From Octopus sinensis (lineage: Eukaryota), in NCBI RefSeq assembly GCF_006345805.1, contig NC_043001.1:100378001-100442000 (forward strand): DNA of 64,000 nt, written 5' to 3'. The notes below the pieces were generated by a model, which ran no database searches, had not been told where the DNA came from, and worked only from the letters and a program-made list of their open reading frames with translations. The position numbers and the translations under genes were made by a program. Positions 38,300 through 50,800 of this stretch are shown here, piece after piece. How positions within the stretch are numbered: position 1 is the stretch's first letter; the number at the start of each line of letters is the position of its first letter.

Positions 38300-39660
38300 A
38301 AAGATAGCAAAGTGAGAAGTTCCAATGGGATTCAAAGATTCAAGCTTAAAAAGGTTCACAAGCATTCACAACTCTATACATCCATTTCTTACTGACCGTA
38401 GAGGAAATAGAACACCATCATAGATGACGAAAAGAAAAATGGTGCTGACAGAGAAGGACAAAGAAAAGGGATCAGGAATCTGCAATTGCTTACTGTTACT
38501 CTGCAAATTATAAACTAACCTCGTAGCAGATGAATTGTATTGCTTTCTGGAGAAGAATCCATTTACAAGAGGAGGGAAAAGAATGCAGAAAGAAGCAGGG
38601 AAGAACTGCTGATCTGTTTGTATATGAAGAGAATGATACAAAATGAAGTATAAATAGGGAAAAAGTTGGCTAGTGGTTGGCTAGGATAATGTACCAAACT
38701 ATTAGCCTTTGAAGTGCCTAAGGAAATGTGGGGGTCAATTGAGGAGATTAACAGTTCTTCAAAAAAAGTAATGAGATTATGGGAAGTTGAGCTAAAAATG
38801 TGGGATTAAATCATTAGGAAACGTGGAAATACGGAAGGAAATATTTCTTGTTTGCTTTTTTTATTAGTTTTTGAGATCATGTTGATTCCTTTGACAAGCA
38901 TTCACGGAAAATGCGAGCTTGCTTATGTGCTTGCTAAGACCAAGCAAAGGATAAAACATCTGCTTTGTATAGGTGACTTCAAGCAATACACGAAAATGGG
39001 TGGTGGGGGTGGGGGAACACACCTTGATTTTCTCATTCAAAGAGTAAGAATATTTAGCTAGGATATCAGTTTGTAGTTTTGGGAGAATAAATATGTAGGT
39101 TTTCTTTGATTCTTTTTTTTTTGTTTCAATCATGTGATTGTAGCCATGCTGGAGCACTGCCTTTAGTCATACAAACTGACCCCAGGACTTATTCTTTGTA
39201 AGCCTGGCACTTATTCTATCGGTCTCTTTTTGCCGAACTGCTAAGTTACAGGAACATAAACACACCAGTATCGGTTGTCAAGCGATGTTGGGGGGACAAA
39301 CACAGACACACAAATATACACATATACACACACATATATATACATATACGACAGGCTTCTTTCAGTTTCTGTCTACCAAATCCACTCAAAAGACTTTGGT
39401 TGGCCCGAGACTATAGTAGAAGACAATTGCCCACAGTGTCATGCAGTGGGACTGAACCGGGAACCATGTGGCTGGTAAGCAAGCTACATACCACACGGCC
39501 ACTCCTGCTACATTCAGTCCCATCATTATTATTACTGACACTTTTGCTCTGGCAGATTTTATACTGACACCGTACCAAAGAGTGAGACACCACAGAAAGA
39601 GAATGATATGTTTAAGTAACTTGGAGTGCAGCAGAATGATAAGATAATAAAAAATAAAAA
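38300..39660 (+). mobile_element. Decayed R4/Dong-clade reverse transcriptase, interrupted by an S1 SINE
   Basis: Ordered motifs ADELYCFLEKN, EEGKECRKKQGRTADL, LWEVEL..SLGNVEIR, MLIPLTSI...IKHLLCIGDFKQY and LDFLIQRVRIFS. LGVQQNDKI follows after the SINE. Confidence 0.75.
39120..39510 (-). mobile_element. SINE family S1
   Basis: Full-length reverse complement of S1. Confidence 0.9.
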
Positions 39661-39689
39661 AATGAGAGAATGGCTTGATTAGAAAAAAG

Positions 39690-40471
39690 CATATTAGATG
39701 GTACCACACAGCTGGATAAGTAAAACAATGAGCATGCTTGGAATAGCAAAAAAGAAATAGAATAGAAAAGTGTGCTATAAGGAAAATGAAATGAGGAAGA
39801 TTTGAAAGAAACCAGGCAATTGAAATGCAAACAATGAGAGCGGTTGAGAAAGAAGGGTGGTACATGGGAATACGAAAAGCAGACGAAATAAAAAATGAAG
39901 AAATGAAACAAATTACCAGTAGGGAGTACACAAGGAGTGTCAGAAAATTATTACAGTCAAAACTGAATTTCAAAAGTCTTATTAAAACAATAAATTTAAG
40001 AGCAGTACCTTTAATTAGATATGCACTAGTCTATAATTATAGAATTATAGGCTGGACTGCTCAATGCCATAGATTTGCAAACCTTAACCCATTGAGCATG
40101 TCCCTTAGTGACTGACGATATGTGCAGAAGTAGTGGGGGAGCATCATAGCCATGTACTGAGAGGAATTCTTTGAGGTTTGAATAATTAACCTCTGAAAAC
40201 ATGGGTGTTTCATTCAACATCTTTAAACAATCCTTATTCAGGGACCTTTTGAGGAGGATGGGCTATTCAACCTGAAGAAAATTCTAATTGGGCCCCACCT
40301 GCAAGGTCATGTGCTGCTTATCTTGATATGAAATCACCATGTCATGCACATATAGCTGTGATGTATGTGCCTTGTATACCCTTATCAGACGGTTAGTCAT
40401 GATGGGTATACTGGGCTCCGTATATTTTACCCTTGTGTCACTTTGATGGTATGCGCTGCTCTCTCACTCAA
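39690..40471 (+). mobile_element. R4/Dong-clade coding fragments and 3' UTR ending in (AAT)n
   Basis: MVPHSWI.KTMSMLGIA, and ORF 39825 with ADEIKNEEMK...EYTRSVRKLLQSKLN..LIKTINLRAVPLIRY. The UTR ends ctctctcactcaacaataataa. Confidence 0.8.
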
Positions 40472-40494
40472 CAATAATAAATAATAGTAATAAT

Positions 40495-40690
40495 AGTTTC
40501 AAATTTTGCCACAAGGAGAGCCATTTTGAGGAAGGGGATGAGACAATGACATCAGCCCCAGTGTTTCACTGGTACTTAATTTATTGATCCCGAAAGGCTG
40601 AAAGGCAACGTCAACCTTGGAGGAATTTGAACTCAGAACTAAGCATTTCACCTGGTGTGCTAATGAATCCGCCAGTTTGCTGCCTTAATA
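40495..40690 (-). mobile_element. SINE family S2
   Basis: Reverse complement of the S2 head and body. Confidence 0.8.
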
Positions 40691-40702
40691 ATAATAATAA
40701 TG

Positions 40703-40749
<47 letters not shown>

Positions 40750-40809
40750 GTAATAATTATAATTATAATAATAATGATGATGGTGATGATAATAATAATA
40801 ATAATAATA

Positions 40810-40844
<35 letters not shown>

Positions 40845-40909
40845 TAATAATAACAATAATAATAATAATAATAATAACATGATAATAATAATAATAAATA
40901 ATAATAATA

Positions 40910-40947
<38 letters not shown>

Positions 40948-41012
40948 TAATAATGATAATAATAATAATAAAATAATAATAATAATAATAAATAATAATA
41001 ATAATAATAATA
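40686..41012. repeat. (AAT)n microsatellite
   Basis: Direct reading. Confidence 0.97.
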
Positions 41013-41380
41013 ATATCTCCTACTGGCACAAGGCCAAAAATTTTGAGTTGAGGTGACTAATTGATTGGCAATTGAGGTGACAATTGATTACCTGAAGGGG
41101 TACTTATTTCATTGACCCTGAGAGAATGAGAAACAAATTGACTTTGGTAAAATTTGAACTCAGAAGATAAATTGATTTAACTCTCTCATAAATAAACACC
41201 AGCAGCAGTGGCAGACTAAATGCTGAAGGGTATATTGTTCCTTCTTTGTGGGATCCGTGGGTTCCTCACTCTCTCTCTCTTTGAATAACAGCAAAACTTC
41301 CACTTCACTATAAGAAACAGTAAACCTCTACACATGGATTGAATGTTTGAGTCAATGTCCATGGCTTTTAAGCACATTAC

Positions 41381-41430
<50 letters not shown>

Positions 41431-42084
41431 CAATCTTTCTTTCTATACACACACACACATATATGCATATATATATGTATGTATGTATATGCATATATAT
41501 GGATGTATGCATGTGAATGTGTGCATTTGTGTGTGTGTGTGTGTGTGTGTGTAAGATATTAATGATTATAACATCCATCTTAGCACGAGCAGTTGTCAAA
41601 TTAGATGTTCTGTTTTGATGTAACTTATTGAATTAAGTGTTTTTATAGCTCACTTCTGATTTGAGTTCTGCTGACTATATTTATTTCCAAGTCTAGTTTT
41701 GGACTATTTTGGAGACTTGTTAGAAACGGCTTTACCACCAGAATGTGCCAAGCAATTAAACTCTGAGACTCTGAGACGGCAAGAGCATGAGCTAAAAATG
41801 ATTCAGTCTGCATTGCTGAAGATAATGTATGATTCTATTTCATATCTACAGGCGATCACAATTTAAATTGGGAATAGTTGTCTTTTAAGGCAGTTCCTCT
41901 CATAGTAACAAAGGAGACCATGTTGGTATGGAGACTATCAACCATAAAACAATTTGTCCCAAGAAATGCATTTTTTAGTTCTGTATTCTCAATAGACCTG
42001 TTGTATTCTTAGTTTTTTTTTTTTTTAATCTTCTGATTGGAAACTGGGTGAATTGGGAATTAAGTATGGACAAGTAAAATTCAG

Positions 42085-42296
42085 AAAATTACTATTTGTA
42101 AATCTCACAACGAGAGATATTCATCAGCAGTACTTTGGAATAAAGATTGTTAGCCAACATAACATGGCAGTCCTGGTTTAGAACGAATGTTGCTGCAATT
42201 TATCTCCAGGAGACAATGTCTCCTGGTGCTAAATCACAGCAACATTCATCCTAAACCAGGACTACCATGTTATGTTGGTAAATAATCTTTACTCCA
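42085..42296. mobile_element. Family C asymmetric fold-back, copy 1, ~13-bp TSD
   Basis: Near-perfect hairpin at 42131-42301 plus a ~46 bp one-sided extension. AAGTAA(A/G)ATTCAG at 42072-42084 and 42297-42309. Confidence 0.8.
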
Positions 42297-42680
42297 AAGT
42301 AAGATTCAGTTTGTTTCTTTTAATGTTTGTTATTCCAGATGTTATTCCTGCAATGTAAATGGTGTTTTGGCAAGATGAAGAGATGTTGAAGAATAGACAG
42401 GCCTTAGAGCAAACACATTTCACTCACACCGGTGTCAACATTTTCAGTTTTAATCTTTTTAGGACAACGTGGCCTTCACTTTTAAAGTTATTGTGATGTG
42501 ATCTGAAAGAATTGGCTGCTATTTCTAACATGTTGAGTCACCATGGTCATGTAGTGAATTCATGTAAACTTGAGTTCAGAAGTTTTAGTGTACAAATGCT
42601 TTTAGTGATAAGTCCAACCCATGCCAGCATGGAAAACAGACGTTAAATGATGATGATGATGATAGTGGTGGTTGTGGTGG

Positions 42681-43099
42681 TGGTGGATTAACCATTAAGC
42701 AAAATAAGCACGTGCTTAGAGTATCAAGGGAAGGAGGGGTACCACATAAATGGTAAATGGTTTATGGCACAAAAGAAATCACTTTAAACTTGCTAAAATA
42801 ATATTTGGGATGCCTTTATCTCTACTAAGTATAGATGCAGATGTGTTACCTAAGATTAATTTTGAGGATCTGATCAAAGACTTTGTAATTAAAAAAGTAG
42901 GAGGAAACTTTTCAAATATAAATAAAGTGAAAGTAGACAAAAATAAACATTATTTTCCCTCTTACTGTTTTGTTTTATTTTGAAAAATAAAAATTTATTT
43001 TATCTTTTGTTATTGTTTATATTTTGAATTACATAATCTTTAACGGGGGCACCGAAATCTTTTAAGTCCTTAGGGTCTCGATGGGTCTTAATCCATCTG
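42681..43099 (+). mobile_element. Internally deleted hAT transposon retaining the transposase C-terminus
   Basis: ORF 42750-42983 contains LSLLSIDADVLPKINFEDLIKDFVIKK (hAT C-terminal dimerisation region). The ends ggattaacc... and ...ggtcttaatcc resemble terminal inverted repeats. Confidence 0.75.
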
Positions 43100-45884
43100 T
43101 ATTGCTTCAGAATGATTTAATTCTGCTCAACAAAACCAGTTTTGATAAAGTTATCAGTGATTGCTTTGCCATCTATAGCTTGCCATGATTAATTCTCAAC
43201 CGTGCCAACAAGATGTTCCAATAAAGCTGAAAAACCAAACAAATTTGAAGAAATAAAAGTTTTAGATTTTGGTTTATTGCCTGGTTTATAATGGAATCCT
43301 ACAGGTTTATTGCGCAGTTTGTCCACTTGAGAAAAATAGCCTTTTACTTCATACTTGTAACATGTGGCACTCCTTGTTGAACAGCTTTTGTAGTCATGTC
43401 TAGACTTCATGCAAAAAGAGACACATCTAAGAAGCAGTAATTGAAGTAGTTTCCTCTCCATGTTCTCCTTTGCAGTTTTTGTCAGAGATATCCGGATAAT
43501 ATATGATAGCATTCTTTTAAACTAACTTAAATGCTCTGGTGTATGTTACGGTTGTTTCAGAGTCTAACCTTTTATTTTCAAGTAGTTTAGAACTTTGTAC
43601 CAGTCAAAAATTCTCTCAGAAATAAATGTATCCATTATTGAATTTTTCATATACTGTTTAGACAATTTTGCTTTGAATTAGTTGGGAAGTTTTAAAACTT
43701 GAAGAAAATGGATCAGGGTTCCTGTTGGCAGCCAGTTAGGAGTAAATTATATCTTGCACAAATCTCATTCCCTGGTTAAATGTAATTATCCAATTTATTG
43801 CTCTCTTGTAATTGCCCTAATTTGGGACAAATTCTAATATTTCATGAGATAGAAAATTTACTGGAATACTGGCAAGAAAATTTCCAAACATACCTAACCA
43901 GTCTTTGAATTTCAAAGAGGCAGATTCTGATTAAGAAAGAATTCATTCAGCCTTTTGAGATGCAGAACTCAGTGCATATTTGAATCACTGAATAGGCTGT
44001 TCATAAAAGTATTGATAAGAGATCTGTACACCAAAGACATTATTCCATGAATAATGCTACAACTGAACATCTGGTTTAGATAAGGGAACTCATCCATTAT
44101 GTGTAATATTATTTAAGTTACATAACATTACATCAAATAATAAACAACTTCAGTTTTTCAAGTAATCTGAAATGTTTTAGTTCTATGATGTATATATGAG
44201 TTGACCAAGTAAAGTACATCTCTCTCATGGCTATTGACTACAATCAGAAATTGTAGCTTCAAAAACTACTGAATTGATCAGAAGCTGAACCTATTTTGCT
44301 TCACCATTATTCCAGTCAGAGATTGACTGAAATAGCTATGACCACTTCTACCCGTTATCAAAATCATGTTAAACCTCTGATATAGTAACCAGTGATCTGG
44401 TGACCAAATGGAAAGATATTGAACTAAGTACCCACAGGTCATCAACTAAAACTCTGTTCTGGTGTTTGACACCAGAACTCTTTATTTTACAATCTCTTAG
44501 TCTAAGTAGTTGTTGAAAATAAGTTGCAGGTCATCTGGGAATGTTACCTTAATAGAGTGGAATCCTATCCCAGGAGAGAGGGAAAGAGAGAGTGTTATCT
44601 CACTTCTGCTTAAAGCTATAACACCAGAAATAATCATCATCTCTTAAAAGCTTCTTGTGGTGGGGTCTTGGAAAGCTTTTAGATATTTGATATTTATTTA
44701 AGTGTAGTTATTTGAATCAATAATTCATACTCTCTCACCGAAGCTGTGCTGTGATCATAGCTAAGGCACTTAAGAATCATTACCTCACATCACTAAACTG
44801 TAAACAGATATCATCTTGTTCAGCATTGCGAGTAGCAACAACACTATGTAATTAATTGTTTCAATATCTTTCAGTGTTGTATTTAAATTCTGCTATAAAA
44901 GAGATCCCTGATAGACATTTCCATCAAACCAATTTTACACCCATCATACCAGAAGAAAAAATTTGAAAGGATTAAATATAGGAAAATGAAAAAAAAAAAA
45001 AATTTATGAAAATGTCACCTAAACCTTAGGAGGATTTTACCTGCTGGTTTTTAGCTTCAGTCAATGAACAAGAAGTCTTCCCTGCTCTAGGATAGGATGC
45101 CAGTCTATTGTGCACAACTTATAAATTGATTATACAAAATTTTACCCATGATGTTGTAATTGCTTCTATTAAAAAAAAAACAAAAAAGAAGCAAAATCAA
45201 GAATAACACTATTTCTCCAATCACTCCTCATTGGGAATCTTAACGTTTCTCTTCCTCCTTTTCTCATCTTCATTTCTTTTTCTTTCAGCCCTTCTTCTTC
45301 CTCATCTTCCTCAGTTCCTCTTCCTTTTCATTTCCTCTCCTTCCTTCCTAATCTTCCTTTACCTCTTTCTCTTTCTCTATTTTTCATCAACTTCAACCAC
45401 AACTCTTCCTCCCCCTCTTTTTCTTTCTTTCTCTCCTACTACTTTCAATATTTTCTTCTCGCCTCTCTCTCTCTATGTTATTATCTCCCCAACCTCTCTC
45501 ACTGCATTTGCCATTTTACTTTACTATTAAATTTTGACATGGTTTTTTTTAAAAAAAAAAACGTAAACAATGTCAAACACAAAACAAAAGTAAAAACACA
45601 ACAGCAGCGAAACCACCACCTTAACAAAAAAATATAAAACTATAGCTACAACAGCAACGACACCACCACCAACAATAATCCTAATTCCTGCCAATGCTGC
45701 CATCATATTTAAGCAAGAAGTCACCACGTGACTACCAACATTTTTGCCACGAATACAAGACAAGACAACAGGTAACATTTACAATGGCAGGAACTAATTC
45801 ATATTTAATTATTCTAGTTCAATCAATCCATTGAGATATAGTTTGATATTTAGAAGAATTATGCTAATGCCATGACAAACAGAT

Positions 45885-45924
45885 AATAATAATAATAATA
45901 ATAATCATAATAATAATAATGATG

Positions 45925-45998
<74 letters not shown>

Positions 45999-46111
45999 AA
46001 CAATAATAATAATAATAATAATAATACTAACAATGATATTAATAATAATAATAATAATACTAACAACAATAATAATAATAATAATAATAATAACAACAAT
46101 TAATGATGATG

Positions 46112-46146
<35 letters not shown>

Positions 46147-46291
46147 AACAATAATATTAATAATAATAATAATAATAACAATTAATGATGATGATAATAA
46201 TAATAACAACAATTAATGATGATGATAATAATAATAATAATAATAATACTAACAATAATATTAATAATAATAATAATAACAACAATTAATG

Positions 46292-46328
<37 letters not shown>

Positions 46329-46344
46329 TAATAATAATAAGAAT

Positions 46345-46375
<31 letters not shown>

Positions 46376-46440
46376 TATTATTATTATCATTATTAGTAGT
46401 AGTAGTAGTTGTAGTTGTAGTAGTAGTAGTAGTAGTAGTA
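45885..46440. repeat. (AAT)n with internal block duplications, switching to (ATT)n and (AGT)n
   Basis: Direct reading. Confidence 0.95.
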
Positions 46441-46924
46441 ACAGCTTCAACTGTTGGCACTATACAACATGAACAAAACTTCAAAATAATTTAGTCTCCT
46501 GTGCATTAAGATAAGAAAATACAGTGAGAATTAACGAGTTCCATAAATATATAGTAAATTTGTGCCTGTGTGTGTGTGTGTGTGTGTGTGCATGCATGTG
46601 TGTTTGTGTGTGTGTGTATGTGTGTGTGTGCATGGGTGCATTTTACTTATCATATGTGCATGTGCAGTATGTGCATGTGCTGTGTGTATGGGTGTACATA
46701 TATCTGCGTGTATGTAAATTCTTCCGGATAGATAAAGAGACTGAGGTATTTCAGAGTGTGTGATGGGATTATTAAGCTTCGACTAGTCTTAGAAAATGCT
46801 GCAACAACCTTTATCTCAGCATTTTCTCCACAAACTAGATTGTCAGATGGACAGAAGGACCGATTCTAGGAAGTCCTTCAGCAGATGTCCATAAACTTGT
46901 CATAATTTCAAAAGTCAGTTTGGT

Positions 46925-47045
46925 GGAACTTTGATGGGTTCTGTGGATTAGAAGAAGGCTATGGCTTTGGTACAAGAAATGAGAAGCAAAAAAAAGGGCT
47001 GATGGAGTCCTGTGATGCAAATGACTTGTTGATCTGCAACTCTTA
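46925..47045 (+). mobile_element. RTE LINE AP-endonuclease fragment
   Basis: DGFCGLEEGYGFGTRNEKQKKGLMESCDANDLLICNS*, matching the GYGFG.RN.EG..L.EFC..NDL.ICN pattern. Confidence 0.75.
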
Positions 47046-47481
47046 ACTGGTGATCTGTCAGTTAGGACAAACGTTCCAGTTGATCTGATCACCCGAACAG
47101 CCTACTCATGGAATTAACAAGCAAGGGGATAAGCACTCCATAGACATGCACATCCCTAATGTAGTTCTTTGGGAAACTCAGAATGTGACAAAAAAGAAAC
47201 GCATAAAAATGTTTCTGCCCTTGTTCTTTCCTTGTTCTTCAGGGAAGGAGTCGATTGTTTTTGCCATTGAAGAATCTGAAATGCTGTTCCATCCAATATT
47301 TTCCTCCATCTGACTTCGAACCTTTAACACCAACCCCTCTCTTGCCATCCTCAAAGATCTGCTGCTTCATAGGCAGAATTTAAACTAAGATCACAAGCTG
47401 CCAGAATAAATATCATAAGGTATTCTCTCTGGTGGTACCTTAATGAATTTGCCAGTTTGATACCTTAAAGGAACAAAAAGG

Positions 47482-47535
<54 letters not shown>

Positions 47536-47582
47536 CTAAATATGTTTATGTATGTATGTATGTATACACAGCCACACCCACT

Positions 47583-47667
<85 letters not shown>

Positions 47668-47699
47668 TGTTAAAATACCATTTTAGTCATCACATATAT

Positions 47700-47820
47700 T
47701 GGCCTGCTCGCTTAGCCAGCGGGGTAGCGTCGTTTGAAGGCTAAAACAATGCGAAGAGCATTGTGATCAGCGATACGTAGCAACATCTGATAGCCTGGTT
47801 GGTCAAGGTGATCACGGTGA
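47700..47820. mobile_element. CpG-rich 120-bp element embedded in (TA)n
   Basis: GC/CpG-rich island between long TA arrays; internal hairpin CAATGC-gaaga-GCATTG at 47747-47763. Confidence 0.5.
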
Positions 47821-47854
47821 TATATATATATATATATAAATGTATGTATATATA

Positions 47855-47890
<36 letters not shown>

Positions 47891-50800
47891 AATGTATGTA
47901 TATGTGTGTGTGTGTGTAAATATATATATATATATATATAAATATACACACCTACATACTCATAAACATCTACTTATATCCATACACAACCTCTCATTTT
48001 GTTTTTCTCTCTTTCTCTAAATATATATCTATATTATATATGTATGTCTCTGTATGTATGTATGTGTGCATGCGTGTGTTTGTGTGTGTGTGTATGTTAT
48101 ATCTATATTCTGATAATGTAGAGTTAGGTGTATATACACTACAAACAGTCTTTAACACCTGTAGAAACTTGGTATAAAATTAACAGCTCAGCGTATGAGT
48201 CATCAACTCAGTTGATGTCGTCGGCTTGTTTTTTCTGTTTTGTCTTGTTTATGTCAAAAATAAAAAGCAGAGGTGTGATAATATATGAATGTTGAAAGCT
48301 ATAGATCTTGGTGAGAAATTCTGTGCTATTAAACTTGATCAAAGGAAGTAATTATATAGCTGTTTTAAACATTAAGAGAAGATTGAGTGCTTTTGTCCTT
48401 TAGGGCCAGACAAAATGTGGGATTACATCTTTGTTAGGATGCAAGCGAAAAACATTAGTAAAAAACTAAGAATAAAGATAAACAAGAAATGAAAGAAAGA
48501 AAAAAGAAACATGAATAAAATTATAGCGTGTAAATGAAATGGGTTTGTTTTCTGTAGCTGAGCAAGTTTTCTGTTAAGAGCAAAGAGGAGATTATGATAA
48601 AAGTTTACTTTATATAGTTTGGTTGTGTATGTAAAGCATTCACAATATTGTTTCCTCTTAACTTGTTTTCCTAAAAGGAATTCAGCAAAGCAAATATTGC
48701 TTGATAATTTTTGAATATATAAACATCAAAAAGATTTTATATCGTGGAACAGAAAATGGCTGAGTCAGAAAATATATATATCTTACCTTCGCATCTTATT
48801 TCCCTTTTCTACCTTAAATCAGTGACAATTCTTGTTCCTCGAGACCTAACAGAGGAGTGAAAGAATTTTGGTGCAGTTTTTATACATTGTTTCCAAAGCA
48901 CTTTAGAAATAAGAAATATTGCGGGGCTAAACGAATATGTTGCAACACAAAGCAGGAAAATAAAGGTTAATATATTTCAAGGGGACAGAATTAAATAATT
49001 AATGCAGAGAATGGAAATAATGAGGGTGAATGCTCAAAGGGGAAAATAAAGAATGAGGTAGATGTTAAGCGAAGAGAGGAAATATGGAGTGCTTGCATAG
49101 AAAATGGATGAAATATGGGAAACAAGCTTTTAGGAGAGAGGAAGTATGGCATATACACTTTCACTAAATAGAAAATATGCTCTTTTATTGGATTTTGATA
49201 TCTTCAGAATCAGGATTTTGCTTGCACTTATGTGTCTTTTTTTCCCATAGGTACAACAAAAAATATCCATGGTTTTGTAATAAATAGAAAAGACTGTTTC
49301 ATGTAAATCCATTTAATTTTTATATTTTCAACTTTGAATTGAATAATGTTTTGGATGTCCTCTTTCTATTGGTGATAGAACTTGACTTAAGTCTCATTAA
49401 CTGACCGATTCCATAATGGTTCAATGAATTCTTCTATCTCTTTACCATTTCCAATCAGAAATGGTATGTGACCAGATCTCAAATCAATCTAAGATAACCC
49501 ATTCATAATAAAAAGGAAATGGTCTCATATGGAATTTTGACTGAAGAATTTAATTTTATGTTAAGTTTGGACACTGTAAACTGAAGCCAAATTGTTGTTT
49601 ATGGTTGTTGTTGTTGTTGTTGTTGTTAAGCAACAAGATGGGTAAGGGTGATTAGGTGATGGTCTAGGGCTTAGGGGCGGGAGACCCCAGACGTTTGAAA
49701 AAACAACTTTGGTTGTCTTGTTGTCGTCGAGGGCTCTTTGTTGACACCCCACAGCACTGGGAAGTGGCCTTGAAGTCGCTGGAAATGGAGATCTCCAGGT
49801 CTAAATTCTTAAACGGCTATTGTTGCTGGTCAGTCTAAGACGGTCTTACATTATAATATTAATCTCTATTGCTGTCAGTATTGGCACAATTCACTTGATG
49901 AGTGTCTCATTGGCTTTCAGTTTTGTTTTATTTCCTAGAACCTAAGCCGGATCTTTAGATTTACTTCTGCTCTATTCTATGCAATATCAAAAAGATAAAT
50001 ATTAACTGACCAAGAGAAAATAAATAAAAAACAAGATTCAGAACTTTCCAAAGGCCAAAGCATATCGTAAGCTTTACTTAGGATGCTCCAAACTGACATC
50101 ACTTAATGTTAAAGGCTAACCGTCTTAGCTTCCATGAGGGTGATATTAACATGAGAACATTAGATACAGATCCTGTTCTTTAAGGAAGGAGTCACTTGGT
50201 TTATGTTTTGCATTGGTCTCATAGCGCTTAATGAAATGGTTTTCTAAATTTGATCAAAGGCCCTGCTTAAATCATCATATCTTTCCACTTCTTCATAGTA
50301 AAGAAATATATCTAAAAAAGCACTATTCTAATGGAGCCAGCATCCCTATATATGGTTATGACTCATCATATTTGTAGTGAGGTATATGAGAATCGCTAAG
50401 ACAGGATTTTGTTTTTTTTATTTAATATATCACTCTAATGACATGGAAAATGAGAGAGGTCAACTGTTGCAACTGGTTACTTTTATATGGGGGCAGTCTA
50501 AGAAAGAGAATTAGTGCCATGGCCTTTGTAGATCCACCTAGGTAAGTGAATTTATTGGTATTTAGTTTGAATATACATTGTTTGATATCAATCAAAAGAC
50601 AGGTGAGAAGCAATGAAATGCAATGACAGGTAATTTAGCTAGGAGGTTCTCATGCCAAATACAACGATATTGTTTTAGAGAGAGAGAGAGAGGGAGAGAA
50701 AGTCAAGCTATTGGAGAAGGAGATTGTAAATGACTATTTTTATCATCTTTGAAATGTTAGAAGTGAGGAATAACTGATTAGGGTGCTCTTTGTTTTTCTG

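Noticed and set aside
42131-42301. Hammerhead in family C (GTCC...GGAC-GAAT-GTT; CTGATGA in the extension)
   Set aside because: CUGANGA and GAAA do not flank the same stem, and the CTGATGA is not conserved in the second copy.
43100-44500. Unique-looking region with ORF 43189-43512
   Set aside because: No recognisable domain in any frame I translated; it may be an old TE and needs tBLASTx.
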